Source: a virus
Reading direction: 5' to 3' (one strand)
DNA: 42,848 nt
Virus genome (UHGV): UHGV-0210678
The first letter of the stretch is position 1. Every line of letters starts with the position of its first letter. Under the pieces are notes generated by a model. That model had not been told where the DNA came from and did no database searches. It saw only the letters and a program-made list of their open reading frames with translations. Of the stretch, positions 15,871-27,004 are shown piece by piece. A program made the position numbers and the translations under genes.

Positions 15871-16996
15871 TCACGGCACCACCCAACGCATTAAGTCTGT
15901 CAAGTGTATTCACATCAGTAATCAAATCATTGCCGTCTACAGCATCAAGCCCGGCCTTTAGTTGTACGATCTGCTTGCCAGAATCACTATGAGCAGTCTG
16001 CAATCCCGCGGTGATTTGTGTAAAGCTTTTGGTCATATTGCCAAATGTCACGCTTGTCGTCGATGGATTAACCAAATCAATCACGGTTTCACTGATTCGA
16101 GTTTCAACATCCACACCATTACGATCCCGAATATAGCCGTAATTTCCAACCTCACTGTTATTAATCATTCCAGGTACCGAGTTAGTCTTGAAATCATTCA
16201 ATGTCGCAGTTCGCTGAATCAACGGCACATCTTGTAATTTTGATTTCAAATATGCCAGCAATGAATCACTGTTTGTAAACCGCTCATCAGAAATTGGCTC
16301 TGCATCAATTACACCCCACGTTGTTGCGTTAGGACTCGTGTACTCAGCAGTAGCCAATGGTTTTTCTTTGTCGTCTAACTTCCCTGTACCTTTAATATGA
16401 GTTGCAATCGTCGTGTAATCACTCTCATCGGTCAACGAGCTAAGATTCAATCCATCTAACCAAACGAAAGCATCACGCTTACCGACTTGTTTATAAATAT
16501 CAATATGCTTGCCCGTACTAGTCCATTCGAAATTGAAGTCTGACATCAAAGTGTTTAAGAATAAATCAAACGCTAAGCCAGTACCGAAACCTTCAGAAAA
16601 ATCATAATGATTGAAATCATCATGAATCGTATACGTAAAACCAGTGCCTTCAGTAATTAGCTGCATGCAGCTATCGAGCGACTGGGATCCCTTTATACTC
16701 TTCTCAACGTAATGGTCGTTTAAATCGTGCACAGCGCCCAGAAACGTTGCTTTAACATTGCGACTACCGCCGATGTTAGATCCATTCATGGTCTGAATAC
16801 GGTAAGCTTCGCCACTATCAGAATCTAGCAAAAGCGTGCGTGGTTGCAACATACCCACAGCAGACGCATTCGTACCCGTGTTAATAAATGTCAATTCCAA
16901 CTGCGCCACCTGATTCACAGTTTCAGTCAATTGTGCTGAAATTGGGATAACTGGTAGTTCGTTACCTGTTACATCACGTAAATAAAACACTTTCAC
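15863..16996 (-). CDS. Baseplate hub (Tal-like) protein
   Basis: Follows Dit; YTSPNATTWG..SDERFT motif. The start may be the GTG at 16990. Confidence 0.85.
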   Translation of the reverse strand: MKVFYLRDVTGNELPVIPISAQLTETVNQVAQLELTFINTGTNASAVGMLQPRTLLLDSDSGEAYRIQTMNGSNIGGSRNVKATFLGAVHDLNDHYVEKSIKGSQSLDSCMQLITEGTGFTYTIHDDFNHYDFSEGFGTGLAFDLFLNTLMSDFNFEWTSTGKHIDIYKQVGKRDAFVWLDGLNLSSLTDESDYTTIATHIKGTGKLDDKEKPLATAEYTSPNATTWGVIDAEPISDERFTNSDSLLAYLKSKLQDVPLIQRTATLNDFKTNSVPGMINNSEVGNYGYIRDRNGVDVETRISETVIDLVNPSTTSVTFGNMTKSFTQITAGLQTAHSDSGKQIVQLKAGLDAVDGNDLITDVNTLDRLNALGGAVNG

Positions 16997-17001
16997 ACCT
17001 C

Positions 17002-17820
17002 CTAAACGTAATAGCGTGTATCAAACTCCAAATCATAATTCGTTGCACCCGCTACCAGTAATTCATTAATCCCTTTGACATAATCTAAATAGGCATGATT
17101 CCCCTTGCTGTAGACATTCACGCCATCCACAACTGGAACCATGCCATATAAAATTAGAGTTTGGGATTTCTTCAACGCTTGATTTAACTGAAACACCTGC
17201 CCTGTAGTTTTGTTTGTGATCGATAACTGACTAGCCACATCGCCATGGAAGGTTAATGTGGCCGTTTTGCCATCAGCCAGTAGCGGAATTGAGCCGCCAA
17301 CAAACACCTTCATATCGCTCTGATTGGTAAACCGATATGGCGGCAAACATGTAAACGGAATATCAAATCCTAATGGTATGTTATTCTTCATGTTGGCAGT
17401 GGTGTTAATCGTCTCGCCAAATCCACCAGTAACAACTAGGTTAACTGTGATATCCTCCGTCATAATAGGTGACGCTTCATAAGGGTCTACATTAAAGCCA
17501 TCATCCGCATGGACTGGCCAACGAATCGATGGAATGACGCTACTAACAACATAAAAATCCTCATAGCCGCGAAATAAATCAAACAACTTCAACCGCATTA
17601 GTTCTTGGTCAACTGAGTCAATTGTTTTGACATCAAACACTAGTGGTATCTTGCGTTCACTCGTATGTGTTTCAGATGAAGCTACATTGTACTTACCAAC
17701 TGGCGTGTAAGTTCGAGTGAACGTTGGTGCAGGTGGTGAAAACTTTTCTACTTGAATACCCAAATCAGATAGCCAGTAATTACTGCCATCCTGTTGAATC
17801 ACTTGAATATCTAACTCCAT
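17002..17820 (-). CDS. Distal tail protein (Dit)
   Basis: Directly after the tape measure gene; typical size and C-terminal GxN motif. Confidence 0.85.
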   Translation of the reverse strand: MELDIQVIQQDGSNYWLSDLGIQVEKFSPPAPTFTRTYTPVGKYNVASSETHTSERKIPLVFDVKTIDSVDQELMRLKLFDLFRGYEDFYVVSSVIPSIRWPVHADDGFNVDPYEASPIMTEDITVNLVVTGGFGETINTTANMKNNIPLGFDIPFTCLPPYRFTNQSDMKVFVGGSIPLLADGKTATLTFHGDVASQLSITNKTTGQVFQLNQALKKSQTLILYGMVPVVDGVNVYSKGNHAYLDYVKGINELLVAGATNYDLEFDTRYYV

Positions 17821-20800
17821 CTATTTGCCTCCTCTCGCTCGATCAATGACAACATCTTGGCCTAGAGCCAACTTAATTAACGGATACTGGGCATTAAAAA
17901 GGACGCCATTATCTAGTTTGGCAGTGATGTTAACTGTCTTGCTAGTAATTGCGTCCACTAATGACTTGACCATACCTAATACCTCACCAGTTCCGTTTGC
18001 TGTTGCATCACTGACTGCGACGAGCCCGCCATTCTTAGGAGCATCTACGGGAATGGTACTCTTTAACCCAGCGGCTTGTTCCGCACTTGTAGCAACAAAA
18101 GCCTGCTGACCAAATGACATCTTGACAGCTTGGTCCGTTAAATACTTGCTGTAATTCGATTGATCATCTGGAATATGAATTTCACGTTGGTTATGCTCAG
18201 ATACCCATGCTAACTGCTTCTCATATGACTCACCGCCCTTGTCAAAACGACGATGACCGCTGGGCGCCCAACCGCGATTCCACATCAAATCGTTGTACCA
18301 GTTGGAATCATTAAATAACGCCAATAATTGGTCATAACCATTAGCACGGTTTCCATGGCCTTTAACCGCGTAATATCGGAATGTTTGTCCAATAAATTGA
18401 AGTAACCCTTGAGCAGGGTCAACACCAGTATTGACATCCACATAGCCATGTTGAAATACTGTTGGATTACCGCCGGACTCGTGATTGATGGTATTAAGAA
18501 TTTTCTTAATACCATCTTCAGGCATCGATACATGCATAGCAGCGGCGGCTCGCTTGATATACGGAATCCACCGTGTTACACCAGCACCACCCGGATTACC
18601 AGCACCCTCAATGGCTAGTTTCTTTAGCCAATTGGTTTGCTTCTTTTCCCATGATTTTGTATCTGGTCCGAAATGACTTTGTGATCCACCTGGAAACAGG
18701 TTCATATCAAAACTTGAATCTATTAGTTTTTCCCAGTTCTTAATAGGGTGCTCCATGAACTTCATAGCATCACCAAATAGGTTCTTGATCCAATCAACGA
18801 TGTTGCCACCGGAACCAGTCGCAAACATCGGCAACCCCATCATTTTAAGAATTGGTGCCGCTTTTTCAGTATCCTCGCCTGAAAAGACTTGAGCGCCAAC
18901 AGGCAAGTGAGTCACAGTTGGAACAGCCGGTGATAGTCCTAATGATCCATTACCGTAATCAATCAATTCTGGCTTATAACCATCACCGACTATTGCAGTT
19001 TCAGGACTTGTGATTTTACCATTAGTACCGGTTTTATGTGGTATCCCTGTCGTTATGCTTAACTTGTTTTCAGTTGCTGTGTAGGAACTCTTGCCACCAA
19101 CAGCTTTAGACAATGCATTAACACTAGCTCCACCTTGATCAAGGTTATGAGCAACACCCTTTCCAACTCCGCCAGCAGACTTCAGGGGGTCGGCAGCTTT
19201 ATCGACTAGGCCTTGATTGAATGATTCCATTGTATTGTGGCCAGCACCAACAGCTTTTTGCCCCAAAGTCATAACATCTTTGATGGTTTGAGCAGTCCCC
19301 GTAACTGAATTAATGGGCACCTTTTTCTCACCGTTGATACCAGCGTTATAACTATCCATGGTCTTACGGCCGCTTTCACCAATATCAATATTAGTCTTCC
19401 CCTTAACCATCGCTGCTAATACTTTCAAGTAGTTTTCAGTTGAAATTTTTTTATCAGCATAAGCCTTGTTAAGGGTATCCATGGTCCATGACCCTTCGCC
19501 AGTGATATTGATTTTAGCTCCACTCTTTACAGCTGACTTTAGCTTATTCAATGCAGATTTAGCACCAGGGATTCCTAAATCAATACCAGTTGCTAAAGTA
19601 TCAATATCTTTTTGCCCAATCTTTTTCAAGTTATGATCAAAAATATTAGAAATTGCTTTACCATAGCGTGTCTTTAAATCACTCTTGGTAATGATACCTA
19701 AATCCAAACCTAACTTGAGCGTTTGGATATTGCTCTTGCCCAATTTAGATAAATCTTGCTTAAAAATAGCAGCATATTGTTTGCCGTACTTACCCTTTAA
19801 ATCGGAGTCTGTAATTGAGCCATCTTTCAAACCTTTCTTCAATGTTGAAATGTCATCTTTACCCAGTTGTGATAGGTCTTTAGGAAACAATCCCATAATC
19901 TTTCCGTTGAATTGTCCATTTAGGTCGGATAATGTAATTACACCGTCTTTGAGGCCTTGCTTTAGAGTCTTCATTTCCTGACTGCTTACTTTAGAAAGGT
20001 CATGTGGAAACAAGCTAACAATGGAATCACCCAAAACTGGCTTTAACTCTTTTAGCGTTAATACGCCACTAGACAAGCCAGATTTTAGTTCATCCATAGT
20101 GGATTTGCTTAAATCACTGGCAGATTTAATATTTCGTGACTTCAAGTCGGCTAAAATAGTATTAAAATAGACTTTTGCTTCTTCATAACCTGTTTTAGAT
20201 CCAGATTTTATATCGTTCCAAAACGAAGCCGCTGTCTTCTTACCATACTTTCCAAGATCAATCTTGCTAGTCGTGTCTGAAAGATCTAAGCCCCATTGCT
20301 TAGCAACTGCCGTAGCACTTCCCAAACTTCCGTTGTTCAGTGCCTTAATATAGTCGCTATGAATTTTAGCGGCCGCTTTGGCATTCTCAGCACCCGACTT
20401 AGTAGTCGTTGCTAATAAATCATCAGCGTCAACTTTGGCTTGAGCAACAGCTTGGTCAGCATCCATTCCCATTGCTTCATAGGCTTTTTCCTGAGACTTC
20501 TGGAACTTAGCTATATTCTTTTCAATGGTCCCATGCGCGTTGACTTGATCATCAATGTACTTCTGATTGTCTTTCTTATGATCCGCAATCCACTTAGCTG
20601 CAGATTCTTCGCTGTTGCTGACATCGTCCCAATAAAGCTTTTCCTTTTTGCCATTCTCATCGGTAATCGTTTTCGTGTATTCATCATCAAGCGTTTGCTT
20701 AGTACGCAAGCTTTCACGACCATTGTTGTTATACGCATCGCCAGCCGCCTTTTCAGTTTTGATGTATTCCAACGAAGCTTGAGTTTGTTGCTTGTTACGC

Positions 20801-23451
20801 TTAGCGTCAAGCATGGCAAGTGCTTGGTCGTATTGGTCTTTGCTAATTTGGTCATTTTTTCTTAGTGATTTCAGTTCAGACAGACTCTTCTTATAACTAT
20901 CACTTGCCTTGCCATAAGTCTTGGAATATGCCGAATCTGCTGACTTTACATCCGCCTTATACATGCCATCCGTGATAGTGCCATGTTGTTGCACATAAGC
21001 TTTATATAACGCTTGCTGGTCTTTATAAGCCATACCAAAGGCAGAGACTTGCGAATCAATGTAAGCTTCAGCCTCATTTAGCTTGGCCTTCTGAGTAGCA
21101 GACAACTTAGAGAAGTCACCGTCAACTGACTTTAAAATGCTCTCCATCGTTTTTTTAGCTTTTTCAAGCTTACTAGTTTGCCCATCAGCCCGCTTATCAA
21201 CACTCTTTTCGACTTGCGTTACCCAGCTACTACCAGCACTTCCAAAGCTTCTAGATAAGTCGGATAGTGCGTCCATCCCAGCCTTTTTAGTCTTGGAAAA
21301 CTGTTGTTCAACCAAATCAGCCATCTTACTGTATTTAGTAACCACATCGCTAGATAATTGTTTAGACTGTTTACCTACCGCAGTGTCCAATAGTGCCATA
21401 TCATTCTTGGCTTTTTGATGTAGTTCATTAAACGAGCCAATTGCTTTTTGCGAGTTTTTACTAATATTGGCACCATATTCGTCCATCGAAGCACGTTGGC
21501 GCTTCAACTGGTCACTATGCTCCTTGCCGGCTTTAATCGCAAAATAAGTTGCTGTCCCCACAGCTGCTACACCTAACACGACCGGGGCGGCAGCCGCAGC
21601 CAATGCGCCCAATCCTGAAACTGTACCTAATGCTGACCCACCTAAACCTAACAAGGATGCTGAACCTGTTTCTGCGCCACCACTAAGGCCAGCAATGACA
21701 GTACTGGCCGCACCGCCATCTTTAACTAAAGTGCCAAATAACGGTGATAGTTTAGCAGCACCAACCAATAGTTTCATAGATCCACTAGTTAGTAGCCCTA
21801 CACCAGAGGTCAATTTTCCAAATATGCTAATCAATGGACCACCAGCTGCAACAGCTAAGCCTGTATTAAGAATTAGCTTCTGCGTTGCCGGATCTAAGTC
21901 GCTAAAACGGTCTAGCATATTCTTTAACTCACGAATAATGGGCGTGAGGGTTGGTAGGAATTTCTGTCCAAATTCAATCTCTAAAGCGTTTAAACTAGAT
22001 TTAAATTGGGCCATGGTGAACTGACTCGTGTTACGCATGGTTTTGTTGTATTTATCAACGGTTCCATTGCTGTGTTCGATCTCATTAGATAACGATTTGT
22101 ACCGGTCAAGATTAGCGTCCATCAAGGTCATACCAACCTTCATATTTTCTTGACCAACAACGTTATACATAAATGACTGGCGCTGCTTATCATTCATCTT
22201 CTGGTAGGCACCCTGCATTTGTCCAAGAATATCAAAGACGTCTTTCATTTTGCCTTTGCTATCGAATACTTGAATATTATATTTCTTTAAATCCTTAGCT
22301 GCTTGACCTGTCCCTGTTCCAACTCGTGTCATCAATGATGACAGCCCCGTACCAACAGAGCTAGCGTCAATACCAGCAGACTTTAAGCGCCCTGCAATTG
22401 CCATAAATTCATATGTTTTAACGCCCATGGCGTGCATTGCAGCACCGGCATTACCACTAATTTCTTTCAAATCATCTAATGACATGGCTGACTTATGGGT
22501 GGCTTCGGTCATCTGATTCATCAGGCTGTTACCATTCTTGATTACAGTACTGTTTGAACCCAAGTTCTGACCAAACTGCTCAAGCATAGAAGCAGTCAGT
22601 TTAATAGACTCCCCAGACTGATCAGAATTAGCTGTCATAGTCTTTAACAACTCTGGCATCATTCCCATGGCTTGTTTGACATTGTAACCATTAGAAACCA
22701 ATTCAAACATACCATCATTGATTTCTTTGGTACCAACACCAAACTCTTTGGACCATTTTAATGTGTCTGAAGATAGATTCTTCATAATTGAGCTTGTTTG
22801 GCTAGCAGAGTATCCTTGTGCAACAACTTCCTTACGGATATCAGCTAATTGATACTGATAATCGGAAGCGGCTTTAGTTGCTACACCCAGTGCTGTGACA
22901 ATAGGTACCGTAAAACCAATAGTGGCCTTACTTCCAAGAGAGCTAATCTTTTCACCAGCATTTTGTATCTTAGTACCCATTATCATGGCTTTGTCAGCTG
23001 CGGCAGCCATTTCAGGTGTTAATGCGCCAACACCCTTTTGCAACTTGCCTGCTGACAAAACCAGAGCTCGCTGTTCACGTTCAAGGGCAGCATATTTGCT
23101 TTTAGCCGCTACTACTTGAGCAGAATTATCACCTTCTGCTCGTGACAGACGACCAATTTCACCAGCTGTTGCTGTCATCTCTTGTCGGTTAGCTTGCAAC
23201 TGTGCTTTATAAGAGTTCAACTTAGAAACTTGAGAAGACATGTGCAGCCCTGCTTGTTCTTGAGCAGCTGATAGCTTACTATAGCTGGCTGCAGTTGTCT
23301 CTAACCCTTGATTCAACACTTTTAAGTTGGCAGCTGCTTTCGGGCTAACATCCACGTCTTTAAATGTTCGCTTAAGAACTTCGGCTTGTGCAAGCGCCTC
23401 TTTAGCGATTAAGTCTACGTTAATCTTGACACTACCAGCAATATCAGCCAT
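17821..23451 (-). CDS. Tape measure protein with C-terminal lytic transglycosylase domain
   Basis: 1876 aa, Ala/Gly-rich helical; TP901-type core; HESGGNP..AQGLLQF motif. Confidence 0.95.
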   Translation of the reverse strand: MADIAGSVKINVDLIAKEALAQAEVLKRTFKDVDVSPKAAANLKVLNQGLETTAASYSKLSAAQEQAGLHMSSQVSKLNSYKAQLQANRQEMTATAGEIGRLSRAEGDNSAQVVAAKSKYAALEREQRALVLSAGKLQKGVGALTPEMAAAADKAMIMGTKIQNAGEKISSLGSKATIGFTVPIVTALGVATKAASDYQYQLADIRKEVVAQGYSASQTSSIMKNLSSDTLKWSKEFGVGTKEINDGMFELVSNGYNVKQAMGMMPELLKTMTANSDQSGESIKLTASMLEQFGQNLGSNSTVIKNGNSLMNQMTEATHKSAMSLDDLKEISGNAGAAMHAMGVKTYEFMAIAGRLKSAGIDASSVGTGLSSLMTRVGTGTGQAAKDLKKYNIQVFDSKGKMKDVFDILGQMQGAYQKMNDKQRQSFMYNVVGQENMKVGMTLMDANLDRYKSLSNEIEHSNGTVDKYNKTMRNTSQFTMAQFKSSLNALEIEFGQKFLPTLTPIIRELKNMLDRFSDLDPATQKLILNTGLAVAAGGPLISIFGKLTSGVGLLTSGSMKLLVGAAKLSPLFGTLVKDGGAASTVIAGLSGGAETGSASLLGLGGSALGTVSGLGALAAAAAPVVLGVAAVGTATYFAIKAGKEHSDQLKRQRASMDEYGANISKNSQKAIGSFNELHQKAKNDMALLDTAVGKQSKQLSSDVVTKYSKMADLVEQQFSKTKKAGMDALSDLSRSFGSAGSSWVTQVEKSVDKRADGQTSKLEKAKKTMESILKSVDGDFSKLSATQKAKLNEAEAYIDSQVSAFGMAYKDQQALYKAYVQQHGTITDGMYKADVKSADSAYSKTYGKASDSYKKSLSELKSLRKNDQISKDQYDQALAMLDAKRNKQQTQASLEYIKTEKAAGDAYNNNGRESLRTKQTLDDEYTKTITDENGKKEKLYWDDVSNSEESAAKWIADHKKDNQKYIDDQVNAHGTIEKNIAKFQKSQEKAYEAMGMDADQAVAQAKVDADDLLATTTKSGAENAKAAAKIHSDYIKALNNGSLGSATAVAKQWGLDLSDTTSKIDLGKYGKKTAASFWNDIKSGSKTGYEEAKVYFNTILADLKSRNIKSASDLSKSTMDELKSGLSSGVLTLKELKPVLGDSIVSLFPHDLSKVSSQEMKTLKQGLKDGVITLSDLNGQFNGKIMGLFPKDLSQLGKDDISTLKKGLKDGSITDSDLKGKYGKQYAAIFKQDLSKLGKSNIQTLKLGLDLGIITKSDLKTRYGKAISNIFDHNLKKIGQKDIDTLATGIDLGIPGAKSALNKLKSAVKSGAKINITGEGSWTMDTLNKAYADKKISTENYLKVLAAMVKGKTNIDIGESGRKTMDSYNAGINGEKKVPINSVTGTAQTIKDVMTLGQKAVGAGHNTMESFNQGLVDKAADPLKSAGGVGKGVAHNLDQGGASVNALSKAVGGKSSYTATENKLSITTGIPHKTGTNGKITSPETAIVGDGYKPELIDYGNGSLGLSPAVPTVTHLPVGAQVFSGEDTEKAAPILKMMGLPMFATGSGGNIVDWIKNLFGDAMKFMEHPIKNWEKLIDSSFDMNLFPGGSQSHFGPDTKSWEKKQTNWLKKLAIEGAGNPGGAGVTRWIPYIKRAAAAMHVSMPEDGIKKILNTINHESGGNPTVFQHGYVDVNTGVDPAQGLLQFIGQTFRYYAVKGHGNRANGYDQLLALFNDSNWYNDLMWNRGWAPSGHRRFDKGGESYEKQLAWVSEHNQREIHIPDDQSNYSKYLTDQAVKMSFGQQAFVATSAEQAAGLKSTIPVDAPKNGGLVAVSDATANGTGEVLGMVKSLVDAITSKTVNITAKLDNGVLFNAQYPLIKLALGQDVVIDRARGGK

Positions 23452-23466
23452 CTACACACATCCTTT

Positions 23467-24108
23467 CTATATTTTCCCTTGCTCCCGTAACTCTTTCATC
23501 CGTAACGCCTTGTGTGGCATATCTAAATTAGCTAGCTCGATAGATAGTTCATCTGGTGTCAGCTTGCCGTCGCCATCGGTGTGAGCTTGTTTTAATCCAT
23601 AAATCAGCTTCATTTGCTTTAAATAAGTTTGCGTATCAGCATCCATATCATCACTAACCTTGGCCAGTCGAAATCTGACAACTTTTTTAAATTGCGTGTC
23701 TTCATTAAGACCATCCAACATAGTGGTAAACCGTTCCCAACTGAGACTATCTCGGTCTAAATCGATACCATATTGTTGTTGGAACCCAGCCTTGATTAAC
23801 GATTCGTCTTCATCAAAATCAAAAGACCGCTTACCAGATTTGAGTACCTTGGCTCGAACCCGATCGCGGTCATTATTGATTTTTGTATTAAATATTTCAG
23901 ACAGTAACTGACCCTTGTCCTCAAAACGTAGCTTGCTCGTATCGTCCAATACCAGCGCTTTTAAGCCGACTTCTACACGCTCTGGTATAGTGAGACCTTC
24001 ATCCCGAATCGCTTTAAAATATAGCAACACCATGCGAAATGAAAGGTCTAAACGATACCGATGTTTCCGAAATACGATGCTGTTAGTGTTTATATCGGTA
24101 AAACTCAT
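23467..24108 (-). CDS. A118 Gp15-like tail assembly protein
   Basis: FDFDEDESLIKAGFQQQYGIDL..LSWERF..L motif; directly precedes the tape measure gene. Confidence 0.85.
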   Translation of the reverse strand: MSFTDINTNSIVFRKHRYRLDLSFRMVLLYFKAIRDEGLTIPERVEVGLKALVLDDTSKLRFEDKGQLLSEIFNTKINNDRDRVRAKVLKSGKRSFDFDEDESLIKAGFQQQYGIDLDRDSLSWERFTTMLDGLNEDTQFKKVVRFRLAKVSDDMDADTQTYLKQMKLIYGLKQAHTDGDGKLTPDELSIELANLDMPHKALRMKELREQGKI

Positions 24109-24623
24109 TGTTCATTCTTCCGCAATTCTGTAATGGATTTTAGGTATTTGTCACGATAATCAGAAATATCCGTATGTTGTTCAATGTTAATCATGATTTG
24201 GGCAACCACTTTAGCAAATACCACCATGGAATCATTGCAAGTATGGTATAGTTCCTTGCCAGCATCCTTACCAAACATCCCATCAAGTAATTGATAAAAG
24301 CGTTCCTTAGCTTCAAGCTTATATTTGTTCTGAATATCATCGTACATTCGCAAATAGCGCCGTTGTAGGACTTGTTTTTTATGATCTAACGCAGTCATTG
24401 GTTCATTAATCATATCTTTTTCCAATTGAGCTTCTTTATCAGTTAACTCAACTGATCGATGATGTAGCTCCTGCTGCAATTTCACCTCAGCCATTTTAAT
24501 GTCATTATATTGATCTGTAAAAACAGCAAATGATTTATCAGCAAAACTTGCCGTGTAATTCTTATCACCAATTTCAAAAGTCATACTGTCACTAGGAACC
24601 TCTAATTTAATTACATCACTCAT
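24105..24623 (-). CDS. Tail assembly chaperone
   Basis: Synteny between the major tail gene and gp15-like gene. Confidence 0.75.
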   Translation of the reverse strand: MSDVIKLEVPSDSMTFEIGDKNYTASFADKSFAVFTDQYNDIKMAEVKLQQELHHRSVELTDKEAQLEKDMINEPMTALDHKKQVLQRRYLRMYDDIQNKYKLEAKERFYQLLDGMFGKDAGKELYHTCNDSMVVFAKVVAQIMINIEQHTDISDYRDKYLKSITELRKNEQ

Positions 24624-24675
24624 GCTGGTACCTCCTAATATTTTTAATGCTATGTATGACGGATCGCTCCGTCAC

Positions 24676-24753
24676 TTGCCTACATACTCTTTACAATAGC
24701 GCCATCGCTAGTAGGCAATGATTGAACATTTGATGGCGCTGCTATTTTGACGG
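24676..24753 (-). other. -1 frameshift site and pseudoknot; 21-codon extension of the major tail protein
   Basis: CCG TCA AAA TAG; stem AGCGCCATC/GATGGCGCT; loop TTGCCTAC pairs with downstream GTAGGCAA. Confidence 0.75.
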
Positions 24754-25359
24754 ATTACCGCTGTCAGTTGGCATATTAGCCTTAACACCCAAAATAATCG
24801 CATTTTGACAAGGTGTATCCTTCAATGCAGTTTGCATATCAGTAGGATTGCTTGCCTTGATTACTGTGGGAGTAGCATTGTACGTCATCGTTACCTTGAA
24901 GCTGCCGTTATCGTCCGCAGCGCCACCACCATCATCAATGTCAGAGAATGTTCCCATACCTGATTCAACCGCATTAGGTGTTAATGAACCATCTTCTTCT
25001 TGTACCCATTGGACTTTACGGAACATCCGTTCACGTAAGCCACCAGTCTTTTGCTTCATGTCGGCAATATCATCTTGGGCCGGGTTCCCAATTGAACGAT
25101 CACCAGAAATATCATACGATGACGTTACCCCAGTAACTGTTTGTCGTTCTTGGCCACCACCATTGTAGTAGGCAGCAGACTTCTTCTTATCAGTATATTT
25201 AGGCGTTACAGTCGTAATACCATCACCTAAATATAACCAGTTGATCGTCTTATCTGCCGCAGTTTTTCCTACCCAATATTCATCTAAATAGTTTTCTTGA
25301 ATTGACCCTTGAACGTTTCTGTCGTTCGGGTCAGCTGTTGGTGTTGTTGCATCAGCCAT
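24742..25359 (-). CDS. Major tail (tube) protein
   Basis: A118 Tsh-like motifs (YYNGGG..TVTG, SGDRSIGNPAQD, GGGAADD). Confidence 0.9.
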   Translation of the reverse strand: MADATTPTADPNDRNVQGSIQENYLDEYWVGKTAADKTINWLYLGDGITTVTPKYTDKKKSAAYYNGGGQERQTVTGVTSSYDISGDRSIGNPAQDDIADMKQKTGGLRERMFRKVQWVQEEDGSLTPNAVESGMGTFSDIDDGGGAADDNGSFKVTMTYNATPTVIKASNPTDMQTALKDTPCQNAIILGVKANMPTDSGNPSK

Positions 25360-25376
25360 TTTGCATTCCTCCTAAA

Positions 25377-25802
25377 TTAAATAATTACTTGTACACTAAA
25401 AGCGCCTTGATAGACACCATACTTTTGAGCATCTTGACCATCGTCATCCTGGACAGTGGCTAGAAACTCCGGTGAGGTTGTCATCTTAGCGCTTATGAAT
25501 TTGAAACTTCCATTCTCACTTTTGATTGATATCGGCGTTGCATTCTCCATGATGTCCATAATGGAACTGAGAGTGTTAATACAAACAATTCCGTGTGGAT
25601 GTTTAGCAGTGATTGCAAATGCAAAACTACGGCGGCGGCGACCGTCATAATATCGCGTTGCCGGTCCAGCGGGTTGCAATGTATAACTCAGTGACATTCC
25701 AGGAGCATAATCGTTACCCAGCGTTAAAGTATCAAACAGCTTAACGTTAGCACTGAGGTAATCAGCAACCCGAACATCCAAATCAAGGTCAGCTTGACTC
25801 AC
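25377..25802 (-). CDS. Tail terminator/neck protein
   Basis: Directly before the major tail gene; GTG start at 25802. Confidence 0.75.
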   Translation of the reverse strand: MSQADLDLDVRVADYLSANVKLFDTLTLGNDYAPGMSLSYTLQPAGPATRYYDGRRRRSFAFAITAKHPHGIVCINTLSSIMDIMENATPISIKSENGSFKFISAKMTTSPEFLATVQDDDGQDAQKYGVYQGAFSVQVII

Positions 25803-26203
25803 TACGTCGCCCCCAATCCGTGTGCAACAAGTGCTGCCCAATTGTGACCATTAACCAAATAGGCTTTATCAACCCAACCTTTTTGCGCTAACGCATGCTT
25901 AGTGTGGTTATAATTCAAAGGCCGATTCGTCACTACTTTGTGATAGCCTCTCCGCTGACCCATTGTATCCGGTGCTTTCACCATTACTTTACCACCGTAC
26001 ATATAGGCCGCATACGGCTCTGTCCAAACAATAGTAACGCCAGTACCGGTTTGAATTCTCGATACATGGCCAGCTAAATAACCATTTAGAAATGGCACAT
26101 ATTGGTCAGAATCACGCACAATCACATCTGCTAGTCGGTTTGTCAGCACATTAAGATTATTCAAACGCATAATTAGCGGTGCCAAGTCTACCTTAGTAGT
26201 CAT
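25802..26203 (-). CDS. Neck/tail completion protein
   Basis: YVPFLNGYL..EPYAAYMY motif; ATGA overlap at 26200-26203. Confidence 0.8.
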   Translation of the reverse strand: MTTKVDLAPLIMRLNNLNVLTNRLADVIVRDSDQYVPFLNGYLAGHVSRIQTGTGVTIVWTEPYAAYMYGGKVMVKAPDTMGQRRGYHKVVTNRPLNYNHTKHALAQKGWVDKAYLVNGHNWAALVAHGLGAT

Positions 26204-26589
26204 TGCAACACTCCTTCCCAATGATGAACATGCGTGCCAAAATCATAAATAGGATCAAGACTCTTCACGATTAACGATTGGTGGGTACTTTGTATTTCAA
26301 CTTTGTCGTTAAGCTTGGGCAACCTATCTAGCGGCGTCGAGTTAGTTGAATCCACAATTAGTGTATAGGCCCCGGTGACAACCTGTGCACTAGCATTACC
26401 ACCAACGGATTGAACCGACACTGAGGTTGCAGGTTCGACTCGTACATGTCTAATCGTGTAGTCATCAGATCCATTACTATCTGAGCTGGTAATCCATGAG
26501 TCCTGTTTGGCTTTATTAGCGTCGTAGGGTGTCACTTTGATGGCATCATCTAACAACTCGATGGGAATCGGATCAATAATACCATCCAT
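26200..26589 (-). CDS. Head closure/adaptor protein
   Basis: Synteny; C-terminal HHWE motif. Confidence 0.8.
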   Translation of the reverse strand: MDGIIDPIPIELLDDAIKVTPYDANKAKQDSWITSSDSNGSDDYTIRHVRVEPATSVSVQSVGGNASAQVVTGAYTLIVDSTNSTPLDRLPKLNDKVEIQSTHQSLIVKSLDPIYDFGTHVHHWEGVLQ

Positions 26590-26994
26590 TTAGTGCACCC
26601 CACGATACAATAGGCCAGTTGGTCGTAAGTAGTTGATTGCCGCATTGGAGCGTTGTGCCGTACTACGTGGCAGTGTCGCGGGTGATGACTTCTCATAACT
26701 AAATTTGCCTATCGTCACATGACTAATCCCTTTAGCCGATTGTTTAGCGTTAGCTAGTTCTTCAACTCCACCAGAATCAATAAAACATTCAATCTGAGCA
26801 CAGACAGCCTTCTTCACATTAATTCGGTCAGCGTCAAGTGGCAAATCATCAAGATTATGCGAATCGAAATAATAATTTGCATATTGATTGACTATCTCTT
26901 CGGCCCGTATTTCCAAACGTTCAAACTTAATATTTGCTGGTACCGCCTCACCAAAATAAACATTATTGTAAAAATCTTGATCTACTATCGGCAT
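26590..26994 (-). CDS. Head-tail connector protein
   Basis: VKKAVCAQ, SHVTIGKFSY and YLRPTGLLYRG motifs. Confidence 0.85.
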   Translation of the reverse strand: MPIVDQDFYNNVYFGEAVPANIKFERLEIRAEEIVNQYANYYFDSHNLDDLPLDADRINVKKAVCAQIECFIDSGGVEELANAKQSAKGISHVTIGKFSYEKSSPATLPRSTAQRSNAAINYLRPTGLLYRGVH

Positions 26995-27004
26995 CTAATC
27001 ACCT

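Noticed and set aside
17825..23584. Many + strand ORFs within the tape measure and gp15-like genes
   Set aside because: Antisense shadows of long coding regions, without RBS or motifs.
24100..24130. Lambda G/GT-type frameshift between the tail chaperone genes
   Set aside because: No slippery heptamer seen; the genes are joined by an ATGA overlap.
26688..26697. 10-nt identity to insert 2 (ACTTCTCATA)
   Set aside because: Mid-gene, does not extend, and is expected by chance in 43 kb.
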